A DNA stretch of 30,654 bases from a virus. Lineage: Duplodnaviria; Caudoviricetes. The stretch lies in the IMG/VR virus record IMGVR_UViG_3300022902_000054, positions 1 through 30,654 of that record. One strand, given 5' to 3'. The position numbers and the translations under genes were made by a program. Below, in pieces: positions 7,799 to 16,508 of the stretch; positions within the stretch are counted from its first letter, which is position 1, and every line of letters begins with the position of its first letter. The notes beneath the pieces were generated by a model. That model was given only the letters and a program-made list of their open reading frames with translations, was not told the origin of the DNA and did not search any database.

Positions 7799-9751
7799 AT
7801 GGGATTATTTACGAAGATTTTAAGGAACCTTTCAGGACAAATATCTGCTTACGATGATTTCTGGTATGGTCCTGCACAAACGACAAAAGCAGGGGTGAAA
7901 GTTGATGAAAAAGAAGCCCTGAAATATTTAACGGTCTTGGCTTGTGTTACTCTTATAGCAGGAGATATTGCTAAATTACCCTTAAATTTATACAAAAAAA
8001 GAAAAAGTGGTGGTAAAGACTTAATAACAGATCATCATTTATACGATATTCTTCATAATAGACCGAATCAGGACACAACTTCTTTTAATTTTCGGGAAAC
8101 TTTACAAGGGCATCTTTTATTATGGGGCAACTCATACGCCTTTATAGACAGGGAAGATATTGGTGGAAAGATAAAAAATTTATGGCAATTACCGGACCCT
8201 GGTCAAATAAAGATCCATAGAAATAAAAAGAACGAGCTTTTATACACATATAAAGTCAATGGTGAGGATAAGGTTAGGACAAGGAGAGAGGTTTTTCACA
8301 TTCCGGGGTTTGGGTTCAATGGTCTTGTCGGTAAGTCAATGGTCGGGCTTGCACGGGAAGCCATTGGGCTTGGGCTTGCAACAGAAGATTTCGGTTCTAC
8401 TTATTTCGGTGAAGGGACTCATCCTTCAGGAATTTATAAAATAAAGGAAACTTTAACGGAAGAAAACAGGAAACAATTCAATGCAGCATTAAAAGAAGGG
8501 TTTTCGGGGCTTGGAAAGGCTCATAAGGTCATGGTTGCAGAGGGTGGGGGAGAATACCAACCATTAACCGTTTCGATGGACGATGCTCAATTTTTAAGCA
8601 CCAGGGACTTCCAAAAGAAGGAAATTTGCGGAATGTATCATGTTCCACCGCACAAAATAGCCTTACACGGGGCAAATTCTAACCGGAATAATCTTGAACA
8701 AGAAAACGGTTCGTATGTGGACTCCTGCCTAATGGGTTGGATTGTCAGATGGGAAAGTGCAATCTCTTTGCAGCTTTTAACAGAACAGGAAAGAAGATCA
8801 GGTTTATTCTTTGAATTTGCAGTTCAGGGTCTTTTAAGGGGTGATTCTCAAGCAAGGGCAGAGTTTTATAATAAGATATTCCAGGTTGGTGGTATAAGCC
8901 CTAATGAGATAAGAGCTAAAGAAAACATGAATCCTGATCCTTCACCGGAAGCCGATAAAAAGTATATTATGCTCAATATGATACCTTTGGACCAGGCAGA
9001 TGAACCGTTTGATACAGATTTTAGAACATTTTTCAAGGAACCGGAAACCAGAATTTCAGAATCTCAGTCTATAAGATTACGGGACCGGATACAAAAACAA
9101 TATGCCCCATTGATTTATGATGCTGCCAGGGCGGTCGTAAATAGAGAAACCAAAGCGATCAAGAAGGAAGCATTAACACCGACAAGAGATAAAACTTCCA
9201 TGAAGGTCTTTTTGAATGATTTTTATGAGAAATTCCCTGAATATATTGAACAGAAAATGGGACCGGTTTTAAGGTCTTACATTTCGTCCATTATAGATGC
9301 CACAAATAATGAACTGAAAACTGAAGAAGATTTAGAAAAAGATACTCAGGAATATGTTGATACTTACACTTTAAGACACGTTTCTTCTTCCAAGGGTCAG
9401 ATGCTGGCAATTGTTCCTGACGGAATGGATGCCATAGTTCAAAGAGCAGATGAATGGCAGGACAAAAGACCGGACAAGATAAAAGCAGACGAAGGGGTCA
9501 GGGCATCAAATTTTGCTTTCCAGGCAGTTGTATGGTCGGCAGGGCTTTCTACAGTCTGGAGAATAAGAGGGGCAGAAACTTGTCCATATTGTAAAAGCTT
9601 GAACGGGAAAAAGGTGGGTCGTGGACAAAGCTTTGTGAAGTCTGGTGACAAATTAGACCCTGCCGGTGCTGACGGTGTAATGAAAATAAACGGTACTAAA
9701 TCTCATCCTGGGTTGCATCAAGGTTGTGATTGTTATTTATCTATAATTTAA
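7799..9751 (+). CDS. HK97-family portal protein fused to a C-terminal MuF/gp7-like head morphogenesis domain
   Basis: aa ~1-400 portal motifs (VLACVTLIAGDIAKLPL, LLWGNSY, EVFHI, LLRGD..R, SPNEIRAKEN); C-term WRIRGAETCPYCKSLNG...HPGLHQGCDC. Confidence 0.9.
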   Translation: MGLFTKILRNLSGQISAYDDFWYGPAQTTKAGVKVDEKEALKYLTVLACVTLIAGDIAKLPLNLYKKRKSGGKDLITDHHLYDILHNRPNQDTTSFNFRETLQGHLLLWGNSYAFIDREDIGGKIKNLWQLPDPGQIKIHRNKKNELLYTYKVNGEDKVRTRREVFHIPGFGFNGLVGKSMVGLAREAIGLGLATEDFGSTYFGEGTHPSGIYKIKETLTEENRKQFNAALKEGFSGLGKAHKVMVAEGGGEYQPLTVSMDDAQFLSTRDFQKKEICGMYHVPPHKIALHGANSNRNNLEQENGSYVDSCLMGWIVRWESAISLQLLTEQERRSGLFFEFAVQGLLRGDSQARAEFYNKIFQVGGISPNEIRAKENMNPDPSPEADKKYIMLNMIPLDQADEPFDTDFRTFFKEPETRISESQSIRLRDRIQKQYAPLIYDAARAVVNRETKAIKKEALTPTRDKTSMKVFLNDFYEKFPEYIEQKMGPVLRSYISSIIDATNNELKTEEDLEKDTQEYVDTYTLRHVSSSKGQMLAIVPDGMDAIVQRADEWQDKRPDKIKADEGVRASNFAFQAVVWSAGLSTVWRIRGAETCPYCKSLNGKKVGRGQSFVKSGDKLDPAGADGVMKINGTKSHPGLHQGCDCYLSII

Positions 9752-9760
9752 GAGGTGAAC

Positions 9761-10477
9761 ATGAAAGAAACAAGGACAATAAAAACACCGGTCAAGGTTG
9801 AGAAACGAGGTGACGGGACTATAAAAAGCATTGTCGGGTATCCTATTATTTATAATAAAGACAGTGAGGACATGGGATTTATCGAACGGATAGCACCAGG
9901 GGCAGCAACAAAAGCTTTAAAGGCTTCAGATGTTAGGGGACTTAAAAACCATGACGCTTCTTTAATCTTTGCCAGATCAGGGGTGAACCTTACTTTGGTT
10001 GAGGACAAGACAGGCGTTAAGATGGAAGCGACTCCTGTAGACACTCATAATTTTAGAGAAACGGCAAAAGAGGTTGATCTTGGATTACTTGACGGTCAAT
10101 CTTTTTCCTTTAATATTCTTGCAGATGAATGGAAAGACCTTGAATCTGATAAACCTCAAAGGACCATAACTGAATTCGGCTTAATATACGATGTTGGACC
10201 GGTTACTTTCCCTGCTTATCCTGATACTACAGTGGGGCTTAGAACGCTTGAAGAAGCCAGGAAAGACGTTATTCCAGAAACAAGAATAACGATTATTGAG
10301 GGTGACACTGAACACGTTTTTACCGGTGAGAATCGCTTTGACGATGCTGCCGAAAAAATAAGGGCAATAGCAAATCCAACGATCCCTGCTGCTGCTAACA
10401 CTGAACCTGATCCAACGATCATTGAAGGTTCTGTTTTGGATAGGATAAATTCAACTTTAGAGAGGTATAAAAAATGA
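9761..10477 (+). CDS. HK97-family prohead protease
   Basis: GFIERIAPGA, LKNHD, GQSFSF, DVGPVTFPAYPDT; C-terminal extension. Confidence 0.93.
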   Translation: MKETRTIKTPVKVEKRGDGTIKSIVGYPIIYNKDSEDMGFIERIAPGAATKALKASDVRGLKNHDASLIFARSGVNLTLVEDKTGVKMEATPVDTHNFRETAKEVDLGLLDGQSFSFNILADEWKDLESDKPQRTITEFGLIYDVGPVTFPAYPDTTVGLRTLEEARKDVIPETRITIIEGDTEHVFTGENRFDDAAEKIRAIANPTIPAAANTEPDPTIIEGSVLDRINSTLERYKK

Positions 10478-11772
10478 ACATCAAAAAAATGAAAGAGGAC
10501 ATTGAGATTATCGTTAAACAGCTTGGCGATATGAGATCATTAATTGAGTCTGAAAATAGAAAACCGAATGAAGAAGAACGCAAACAGGCGAATTCTTGGT
10601 TGAGTGAGATTGACGAGCTTGAAGCAAATATTACCTTGGAAAAACGAACACAGGGTATGCTCAGCCGTACAAAAAAATCTGCAAAAGAACCAGATATAAC
10701 TCCTGTCAGTGCTATTGAACAGGAAAAAAGGGACACCTTTGCTTCTGACGGTGAGTTTTTAATGGCTGTTATGAATGCTGCTGTTCCAGGGAGAGCGGTT
10801 GATCCAAGACTCTCCACAAGAGCAGCAACAGGGTTAAATGAGGGGATTCCTTCTGATGGTGGTTTTCTTGTCGGAACGGAAATGTCAACCAGACTCTTGA
10901 CGAATACTTGGGCAAGCGGTCAAATCTTGCCACAGGTTAACAAAGTAACTCTTGGTGGAAATGCCAATTCAATGACATTTAACGGAATTGATGAAACATC
11001 TAGAGTGAACGGCTCCAGGGCAGGGGGAATTGTATCATATTGGGTAAATGAAGCAGATACCATTACACCGTCAAGACCTAAGTTCAGAAAGATTGATTTG
11101 AAACTAAACAAACTTGTTGGGGCTTGTTATGTTACAGAGGAAAACCTGGACGATGCTCCAACCATCCAGCAAATTATAGAAGCCGGTTTTGCAAAAGAGT
11201 TTGAATTTAAGCTGACTGATGCGATTATAAACGGTTCTGGTGCAGGACAGCCTTTGGGTATTCTTAATTCAGGTTGTATGGTTTCTGTAAGCAAAGAAGC
11301 TGGACAGGCTGCATCGACAATTGTATATGAGAATGTTTTAAAAATGCGGATGCGAATGATAGCGGCATCAAGACCAAATTCAATTTGGATTATTAATCAA
11401 GATTGTGAAACTCAATTAGATTCTATGTCCTTGGCAGTTGGTACTGGTGGGGTTCCGGTTTATCTTCCTGCCGGTGGTGCTTCAGCACAACCGTACAGCA
11501 CTCTTTTTGGTCGTCCAGTGGTTCCGATTGAGCAATGCGAAACGCTAGGAACAACCGGTGATATAATGTTGTGCGATTTTTCACAGTATCAAGCGATTGA
11601 TAAGGGTGGAATGAAAAGCGATGTATCTATTCATGTGCAGTTCCTAACAGACCAGCGTGTTTTTCGGTTTACGTACAGATTTGACGGGGAACCTGTCCTT
11701 GGTTCGGCAATCACTCCATTTAAAGGAACAAACACTCTTTCCCATTTTGTTAAATTGGATACAAGAGCATAA
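10474..11772 (+). CDS. Major capsid protein, HK97 fold, with N-terminal delta (scaffold) domain
   Basis: Coiled-coil N-terminus; DGGFLV, WVNEA, IINGSGAGQPLGILN, LFGRPV, FRFTYRFDG. Confidence 0.95.
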   Translation: MNIKKMKEDIEIIVKQLGDMRSLIESENRKPNEEERKQANSWLSEIDELEANITLEKRTQGMLSRTKKSAKEPDITPVSAIEQEKRDTFASDGEFLMAVMNAAVPGRAVDPRLSTRAATGLNEGIPSDGGFLVGTEMSTRLLTNTWASGQILPQVNKVTLGGNANSMTFNGIDETSRVNGSRAGGIVSYWVNEADTITPSRPKFRKIDLKLNKLVGACYVTEENLDDAPTIQQIIEAGFAKEFEFKLTDAIINGSGAGQPLGILNSGCMVSVSKEAGQAASTIVYENVLKMRMRMIAASRPNSIWIINQDCETQLDSMSLAVGTGGVPVYLPAGGASAQPYSTLFGRPVVPIEQCETLGTTGDIMLCDFSQYQAIDKGGMKSDVSIHVQFLTDQRVFRFTYRFDGEPVLGSAITPFKGTNTLSHFVKLDTRA

Positions 11773-11787
11773 AGAGAGGTATAAAAG

Positions 11788-12273
11788 ATGAAATTTCCAG
11801 AAATTTATAAAGTAGTACCGATTGCAAGCGATATGGACGTAAGTGCTTCAGCAACAAATCCATGTGATTCTATTAACATGAAGAATTACCACCATGCAAC
11901 CTTCCTTGTTAACCTTCAGACACTTGGCGGGGCAGCACTTTATTGCGAAGTGTATTCAGGGGCAACGGATGGTGCTTTAACCAGTGCCTTGACCTTTCAC
12001 TATGCTTTTATGGGTGCAGCAGCTTTGGCAGCAAATGCCGATGTTTTAGCAGCAGATGCCACAAGTGCAGCACTGGTAATTGCTCATGCAACATATGATA
12101 ATTATATGTTGGTTGTTGAAGTTGATGCAAGTGATATGGATGTTGCAAACGGAGAAAATTGGTTAACACTTTCTTTCCCTGATACAGCAACCGGGGCAAC
12201 CGGCAACCTGTCAGCAGTGGCAATCCTTGAACCACGTTATACCGGCAATCGGTCATTAACTGCCTTGACTTAA
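11788..12273 (+). CDS. Putative capsid decoration/cement protein
   Basis: Directly after MCP, strong RBS, Ala/Thr-rich beta protein ending in PRY. Confidence 0.6.
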   Translation: MKFPEIYKVVPIASDMDVSASATNPCDSINMKNYHHATFLVNLQTLGGAALYCEVYSGATDGALTSALTFHYAFMGAAALAANADVLAADATSAALVIAHATYDNYMLVVEVDASDMDVANGENWLTLSFPDTATGATGNLSAVAILEPRYTGNRSLTALT

Positions 12274-12279
12274 AATCCT

Positions 12280-12297
12280 GGGGGTGTAAAAGCCCCC
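12280..12297 (+). repeat. Hairpin GGGGGT-GTAAAA-GCCCCC, copy 1
   Basis: 17-mer identical to 13080-13096; follows a stop codon; no long U-tract. Confidence 0.75.
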
Positions 12298-12316
12298 TTA
12301 AAAGGAAGGTGACAAA

Positions 12317-12550
12317 ATGACAATGCATATATATTTCAACCAGGATAAGGACGGTTACAAAGAAGGACAAAGCTGTTATGTCGAAAGAACTTTAGCAAGA
12401 CGGTTTTGTGAGAACGGAGTGGCTATTCCTTACCAGAAACACTTGGATAATATTTATGATGCTGAACAGGCAAAGAAGCCTGTAAAGAAAAAGATGATCT
12501 TTAAATCGGTATCTAAGAAACAAAAAAAAGCTGAAAAGGCTACAAAATAG
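12317..12550 (+). CDS. Small head-region protein (possibly lambda gpFI-like / L9-N-like fold)
   Basis: IYFNQDKDGYKEGQSCYVERTLARRFCENGVA pattern plus Lys-rich tail; position after the capsid genes. Confidence 0.5.
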   Translation: MTMHIYFNQDKDGYKEGQSCYVERTLARRFCENGVAIPYQKHLDNIYDAEQAKKPVKKKMIFKSVSKKQKKAEKATK

Positions 12551-12562
12551 GAGTGCTGACAA

Positions 12563-13072
12563 ATGGCAAACTATGCAGCAAGCACAAGAGCAAGAATATC
12601 TGATTTAATCAACGGCATGAGAGTTGAAACAACCATTGCTTTAGGAACGGCAAAACTGATCCAGGCACAGGAAGAAATTTTCAACGTGTATGGTGAAATA
12701 AGGGTTCATGGATTATGGTTTGAAGTTACGACTGCAATCTCTGCAACCGCAACCACCATGCTTTTTAATGCAACATTTACGACACCGGCAATCGCAGTCC
12801 AGCCGATGACCGGAGCGAGTGGGTCTTTAAGTGGTGTTGCTGCCGGTATTAAGGTCAAGTCTGTAGGTGGGGCAGTGGCAACAGCAGCAGTGATTACAGC
12901 AACGGCAGGAATCTCTGATATAGCTCCTGCTGCTCAAGACATTGGTGGTGCAGGATTTATTGGCACTATCGGACAGTTAACAGGCACAGCCAACGCAACA
13001 AGTGGAGCAGGGAAGTTTGTTCTTTATTATACTCCACTTTCAGCCGGTGCTTATGTTGAAGCAGCTTATTAA
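12563..13072 (+). CDS. Second putative decoration / minor structural protein
   Basis: Ala/Thr/Gly-rich beta protein, AGGAG RBS, in the head cluster. Confidence 0.6.
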   Translation: MANYAASTRARISDLINGMRVETTIALGTAKLIQAQEEIFNVYGEIRVHGLWFEVTTAISATATTMLFNATFTTPAIAVQPMTGASGSLSGVAAGIKVKSVGGAVATAAVITATAGISDIAPAAQDIGGAGFIGTIGQLTGTANATSGAGKFVLYYTPLSAGAYVEAAY

Positions 13073-13079
13073 TTTTAAC

Positions 13080-13097
13080 GGGGGTGTAAAAGCCCCT
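13080..13097 (+). repeat. Hairpin GGGGGT-GTAAAA-GCCCCT, copy 2
   Basis: Second copy exactly 800 bp after the first, again between a stop codon and the next RBS. Confidence 0.75.
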
Positions 13098-13110
13098 TAT
13101 GAGGTAAAGC

Positions 13111-13257
13111 ATGGCAATTACAGTTACGAGTCCACAGGCAACGGTAGGGTTTATTAAAAATGCGGTAAGTGCCGATGCTTCAGGGACCGAAGAAATTTTA
13201 GCGGGAACAGCCGGTGCAGGAAACATTTGTGTCTTTTGCCAGGGAACCATTGAATAA
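13111..13257 (+). CDS. 48-aa structural-like protein, possibly internally deleted
   Basis: GAGG RBS; MAITVTSPQATVGFIKNAVSADASGTEEILAGTAGAGNICVFCQGTIE*; missed by ORF track. Confidence 0.65.
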   Translation: MAITVTSPQATVGFIKNAVSADASGTEEILAGTAGAGNICVFCQGTIE

Positions 13258-13358
13258 TATTAAAACAGAATACTATTTATTTAAGAGAATTTATATCAGG
13301 GACAAACTCAAATTTGGTTAGCTTTCAAAGTTGGTATGAACACACAGACAAGGATTGA
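13254..13358 (+). pseudogene. Possible 3' remnant of a deleted gene
   Basis: Frame IILKQNTIYLREFISGTNSNLVSFQSWYEHTDKD* with no 5' start or RBS fills the gap; its stop abuts the next start. Confidence 0.4.
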
Positions 13359-13360
13359 AC

Positions 13361-14191
13361 ATGGCTTTTATAGATAAAACAGACTTAAAAACAGAACTTG
13401 GAATATCAGGGGCAACGGATGATGCTTTGTTAACTATATTGGCAACCTCTGTTATGTCTATTTGGGACATGATAACCAATAGGACTTGGGCTTCAACAAC
13501 TTATGCTGAATATGTTGACGGGTATGGGTTCTCTTTCTTTAGAACAAAGAATTATCCTATAAGTGCTATTTCCAGGGTAGGGGTTGGTACAACGGGGGTT
13601 ATGACGATTGAGAACACCGGAACCGAATCCACAGCAACTTGTGAAGTTCTTTCAACAGGTTTAAGCCTTGTATTAGATAGTGGAACACCGGACGTTACCG
13701 TAACCTGGGTTGCCAATACAACAGTGACAGCAGTGGTTGCTGCAGTGAACGCTTTGGGATCGAATTGGGCAGCAACAACAGTATCAGGATATGGTGATTT
13801 TAAATCTTCAGAGATATTAACAATGTTTCCTGCAAGCTGTATTGATTCAGCAGAGATTTATTTAAACATTCCTGAAATTTACTTAAACAAATACACTTTA
13901 GATAAGGAAGCCGGGATTGTTTATCCGAACTTTAAAATAAAGGATTCTTATCAAACTGTTATTATAGATTATACAGCAGGGTACACTGATGCAAATGTCC
14001 CTGCCTGGTTAAAACAATTATTAGTCAGACAAGGATGCTTCTGGTTCACTCAGGCACAAGGAAGGGAATGGGGGACGAGTTCTAAAAACTTTGGTCCTGA
14101 TGGTGGTACAATGGCATTTACAAAATTGACAGATAATCTTTTACCGGAATTCATGGCAATGGCTAAAAGGAACATGAAGCATGGACTTTAG
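13361..14191 (+). CDS. Head-tail connector/adaptor (HK97 gp6 / SPP1 gp15-like) with a large insertion
   Basis: LKTELGISGATDDALLTIL..ITNR..; YTAGY..VPAWLKQ; ~100-aa Thr/Val/Ala-rich insert. Confidence 0.78.
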   Translation: MAFIDKTDLKTELGISGATDDALLTILATSVMSIWDMITNRTWASTTYAEYVDGYGFSFFRTKNYPISAISRVGVGTTGVMTIENTGTESTATCEVLSTGLSLVLDSGTPDVTVTWVANTTVTAVVAAVNALGSNWAATTVSGYGDFKSSEILTMFPASCIDSAEIYLNIPEIYLNKYTLDKEAGIVYPNFKIKDSYQTVIIDYTAGYTDANVPAWLKQLLVRQGCFWFTQAQGREWGTSSKNFGPDGGTMAFTKLTDNLLPEFMAMAKRNMKHGL

Positions 14192-14573
14192 TTTTAAAAT
14201 AAAAAAACCTAAGTTGCCGGATAACTTTACAGATATGTTTCTTTCTCCTATGCAAAAGTATATGAAGGAAGCCAGGACCACTACTAAAAATCGCTTTATG
14301 TCAGGCATGAGTGATAAACGCCTTGCAACCAAGACAGGGGCTTTAAAACGAAGCTTAACGTACTCTGTAAAGGAAAGACAAGACTCTCTTGTGGGGACCA
14401 TGAAGTCCTCAAGTATTTATGCTCCTGTTCACGAGTTTGGGGGAACCATTCATCCAAGAGGGTATCCAATTAAAATTAAAAAACGATCTTTCATGTATCC
14501 GGGGCTTATTTCAGGAGTTGACCGGTTTGAGAAGCTAATATTTGAATCAGTTCAAAAGGGTTGGGACAAATGA
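14181..14573 (+). CDS. Neck/tail-completion protein (HK97 gp10 / virion morphogenesis-like)
   Basis: TGALKRSL..YAPVHEFGG..RSFMYPG motifs. Confidence 0.8.
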   Translation: MDFSFKIKKPKLPDNFTDMFLSPMQKYMKEARTTTKNRFMSGMSDKRLATKTGALKRSLTYSVKERQDSLVGTMKSSSIYAPVHEFGGTIHPRGYPIKIKKRSFMYPGLISGVDRFEKLIFESVQKGWDK

Positions 14574-15016
14574 CCATATCATTACAGAATACTATTATAA
14601 ACTCTATTCTTGCCACGCTTGCAAACATTACGGTTGCAAAAGGGTATCAGACAAATATAGATACGATAATGAGGGGCATACGGGACTTACAGGATATGCA
14701 GGGAAAGATGCCCGGGATTGCTTTATGGAAGGAACGAAATAACAGGGTCGATGATTACCAGACAGGCTCACAAAGTATCCTTGTCCTGCACGTTTGGGGC
14801 TTTGTAAAAGTGGATGCCAGAAATAACGATTATGATGCTTTGGATAAGTTTGCAGCAGATGTTGAAGCTGTTTTGACTAACGCAACATATAATTCTTACA
14901 GGAATGATACTTTTATCAGGGACACTGTTTTTTTTGAGGGTGGTGCAGATAATAATCATGGTATCTTTGACATGGTTGTTGACGTAAGATATTTTTATGA
15001 CATGGGGGATATATGA
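14570..15016 (+). CDS. Tail terminator (lambda gpU-like)
   Basis: Size, acidic character, position before the tail tube; ATGA overlap with the previous gene. Confidence 0.7.
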   Translation: MTISLQNTIINSILATLANITVAKGYQTNIDTIMRGIRDLQDMQGKMPGIALWKERNNRVDDYQTGSQSILVLHVWGFVKVDARNNDYDALDKFAADVEAVLTNATYNSYRNDTFIRDTVFFEGGADNNHGIFDMVVDVRYFYDMGDI

Positions 15017-15183
15017 AAAGTTATCGTGGTTTATTTAAATTAAGTTGTAGCAAAAAATGTAAAAAGGTAAATGAATGTCAGGCAAGCTGTATTAATTGCC
15101 CTGATGTTCTTTTTAATGTAATTGATCTTAACGGTAAAGTTGTTGCCACAAGGGTCAAGAAAACCAAGAAAAAGGAGAAGTAA
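15013..15183 (+). CDS. Small Cys-rich basic protein (56 aa)
   Basis: MKSYRGLFKLSCSKKCKKVNECQASCINCPDVLFNVIDLNGKVVATRVKKTKKKEK*; GGGGG RBS; ATGA overlap; fills the gap exactly; missed by ORF track. Confidence 0.75.
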   Translation: MKSYRGLFKLSCSKKCKKVNECQASCINCPDVLFNVIDLNGKVVATRVKKTKKKEK

Positions 15184-15186
15184 AAA

Positions 15187-15600
15187 ATGGCAGGGAACAC
15201 AGCACCAATTCACGGCAGAGTTTGCAGGATTGACGATGGTGGGTCATTAATTGATTATTCAGTGGATTGGTCAATTAATGCCAGTATTGATTTAAGTGAT
15301 GCTTCAAGGCAGGGTCAGGCATGGAAAGAAAACGTAGTTGGTCAGGGTGGTTGGAATGGATCAATGACTTTCCATTTTGTTGCCGGTAATACTGAACAGA
15401 AAGCATTGCTTGATAACATTATCACTGCTTCACCAGGAACAAAAATTACAGACCTTAAATTTATGCTTGAAGATACTGGGGACTATTTCTCAGGGAATAT
15501 CTTTTTGAATGGATTTGCCACAAGTGCAAGCGTGGGTGACACTGTTAATTGTTCCTTTGATTTTACAGGTGACGGGGCATTGGCTCTCACTGTAGCATAA
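15187..15600 (+). CDS. Major tail tube protein
   Basis: DWSIN..D..S..W.E...G..GWNGS..FSGN..SVGD..FDFTGDG siphophage tube pattern; AAGGAG RBS. Confidence 0.85.
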   Translation: MAGNTAPIHGRVCRIDDGGSLIDYSVDWSINASIDLSDASRQGQAWKENVVGQGGWNGSMTFHFVAGNTEQKALLDNIITASPGTKITDLKFMLEDTGDYFSGNIFLNGFATSASVGDTVNCSFDFTGDGALALTVA

Positions 15601-15612
15601 GGGGGGTGAATA

Positions 15613-16491
15613 ATGGCTTCACCGACAACACCGCAACATGGCAGACATGGGGCAATATATAGACTCAGACCGAACGGTTTCTCAGGGGCAGGGCTTAATG
15701 ATGTTACCTGGGGAACCGCTTATTCTGCTGCTGACTCTGCTTTCTTTGAGGTTGAGATTGATGCAGAGGGAACCCCGGATACTTTTAAATGGAGAAAAGA
15801 CGGGGGTGCGTATACTGCAACGGTTGCGATTACCGGAGCAGCACAAGCCCTTTCCGACACTCAGACAATTACTTTTGCTGCAACAACAGGTCATACGTTA
15901 TTGGATGAATGGACGGTTGGGAACTTGTTTGCAGAACCTTGCACTGCTTCCGGTGCTTCGGCTCAGATAACCGACACAACCAAAAGGATTCTTGACCCTA
16001 ATAATCCACCGGTTTTTACTGATGATGGCGGGAAAACAGTTTTAAGAATTGATTATACAACCGGCACTGCTTATTTTACAGGCAATGTTGGAACTGTAAC
16101 GGTTGCAGGGAACCTCGGACAAATTGAAACGTCTGGTTTGGAAAAGGTTGGGTATCTTACCGATTGGTCTTTTAATATCACTCTTGATTTGGCAGATCAG
16201 TCTTACATGGGTCAGAAGTGGAAACACAATACAGTAGGTCAAGGATCAGGAACGGGGAGTGCATCAAGCTTTTTTATCGGTTCTGATTCAATGATTGACG
16301 GCATTACGAATAAAGAGTTCTTCTTTTTGCAACTCTTTAATTACGATCCAGACCAGGACCAGACAGGGGATCATTTTAATTGTTGGGTTTTGTTTTCTGG
16401 TGATGCTGTTGCAGGATCAGTTGGGGATAACGTAAAAGAAACACTTGATTTTACTATTGATGGGACTCCATCATTTACAGCTAATGTTTAA
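15613..16491 (+). CDS. Second tail tube paralog with ~160-aa internal insertion
   Basis: N- and C-terminal parts align by eye with 15187-15600 (PxHGR; DWSxN; GQxWKxNxVGQG; SVGDxV; DFTxDG). Confidence 0.75.
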   Translation: MASPTTPQHGRHGAIYRLRPNGFSGAGLNDVTWGTAYSAADSAFFEVEIDAEGTPDTFKWRKDGGAYTATVAITGAAQALSDTQTITFAATTGHTLLDEWTVGNLFAEPCTASGASAQITDTTKRILDPNNPPVFTDDGGKTVLRIDYTTGTAYFTGNVGTVTVAGNLGQIETSGLEKVGYLTDWSFNITLDLADQSYMGQKWKHNTVGQGSGTGSASSFFIGSDSMIDGITNKEFFFLQLFNYDPDQDQTGDHFNCWVLFSGDAVAGSVGDNVKETLDFTIDGTPSFTANV

Positions 16492-16508
16492 TAGCGAAAG
16501 GGTTTGAC

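Noticed and set aside
10374-10420. 11-bp direct repeat ATCCAACGATC in the protease tail
   Set aside because: In-frame duplicate of a PTI peptide in a low-complexity linker; no further structure
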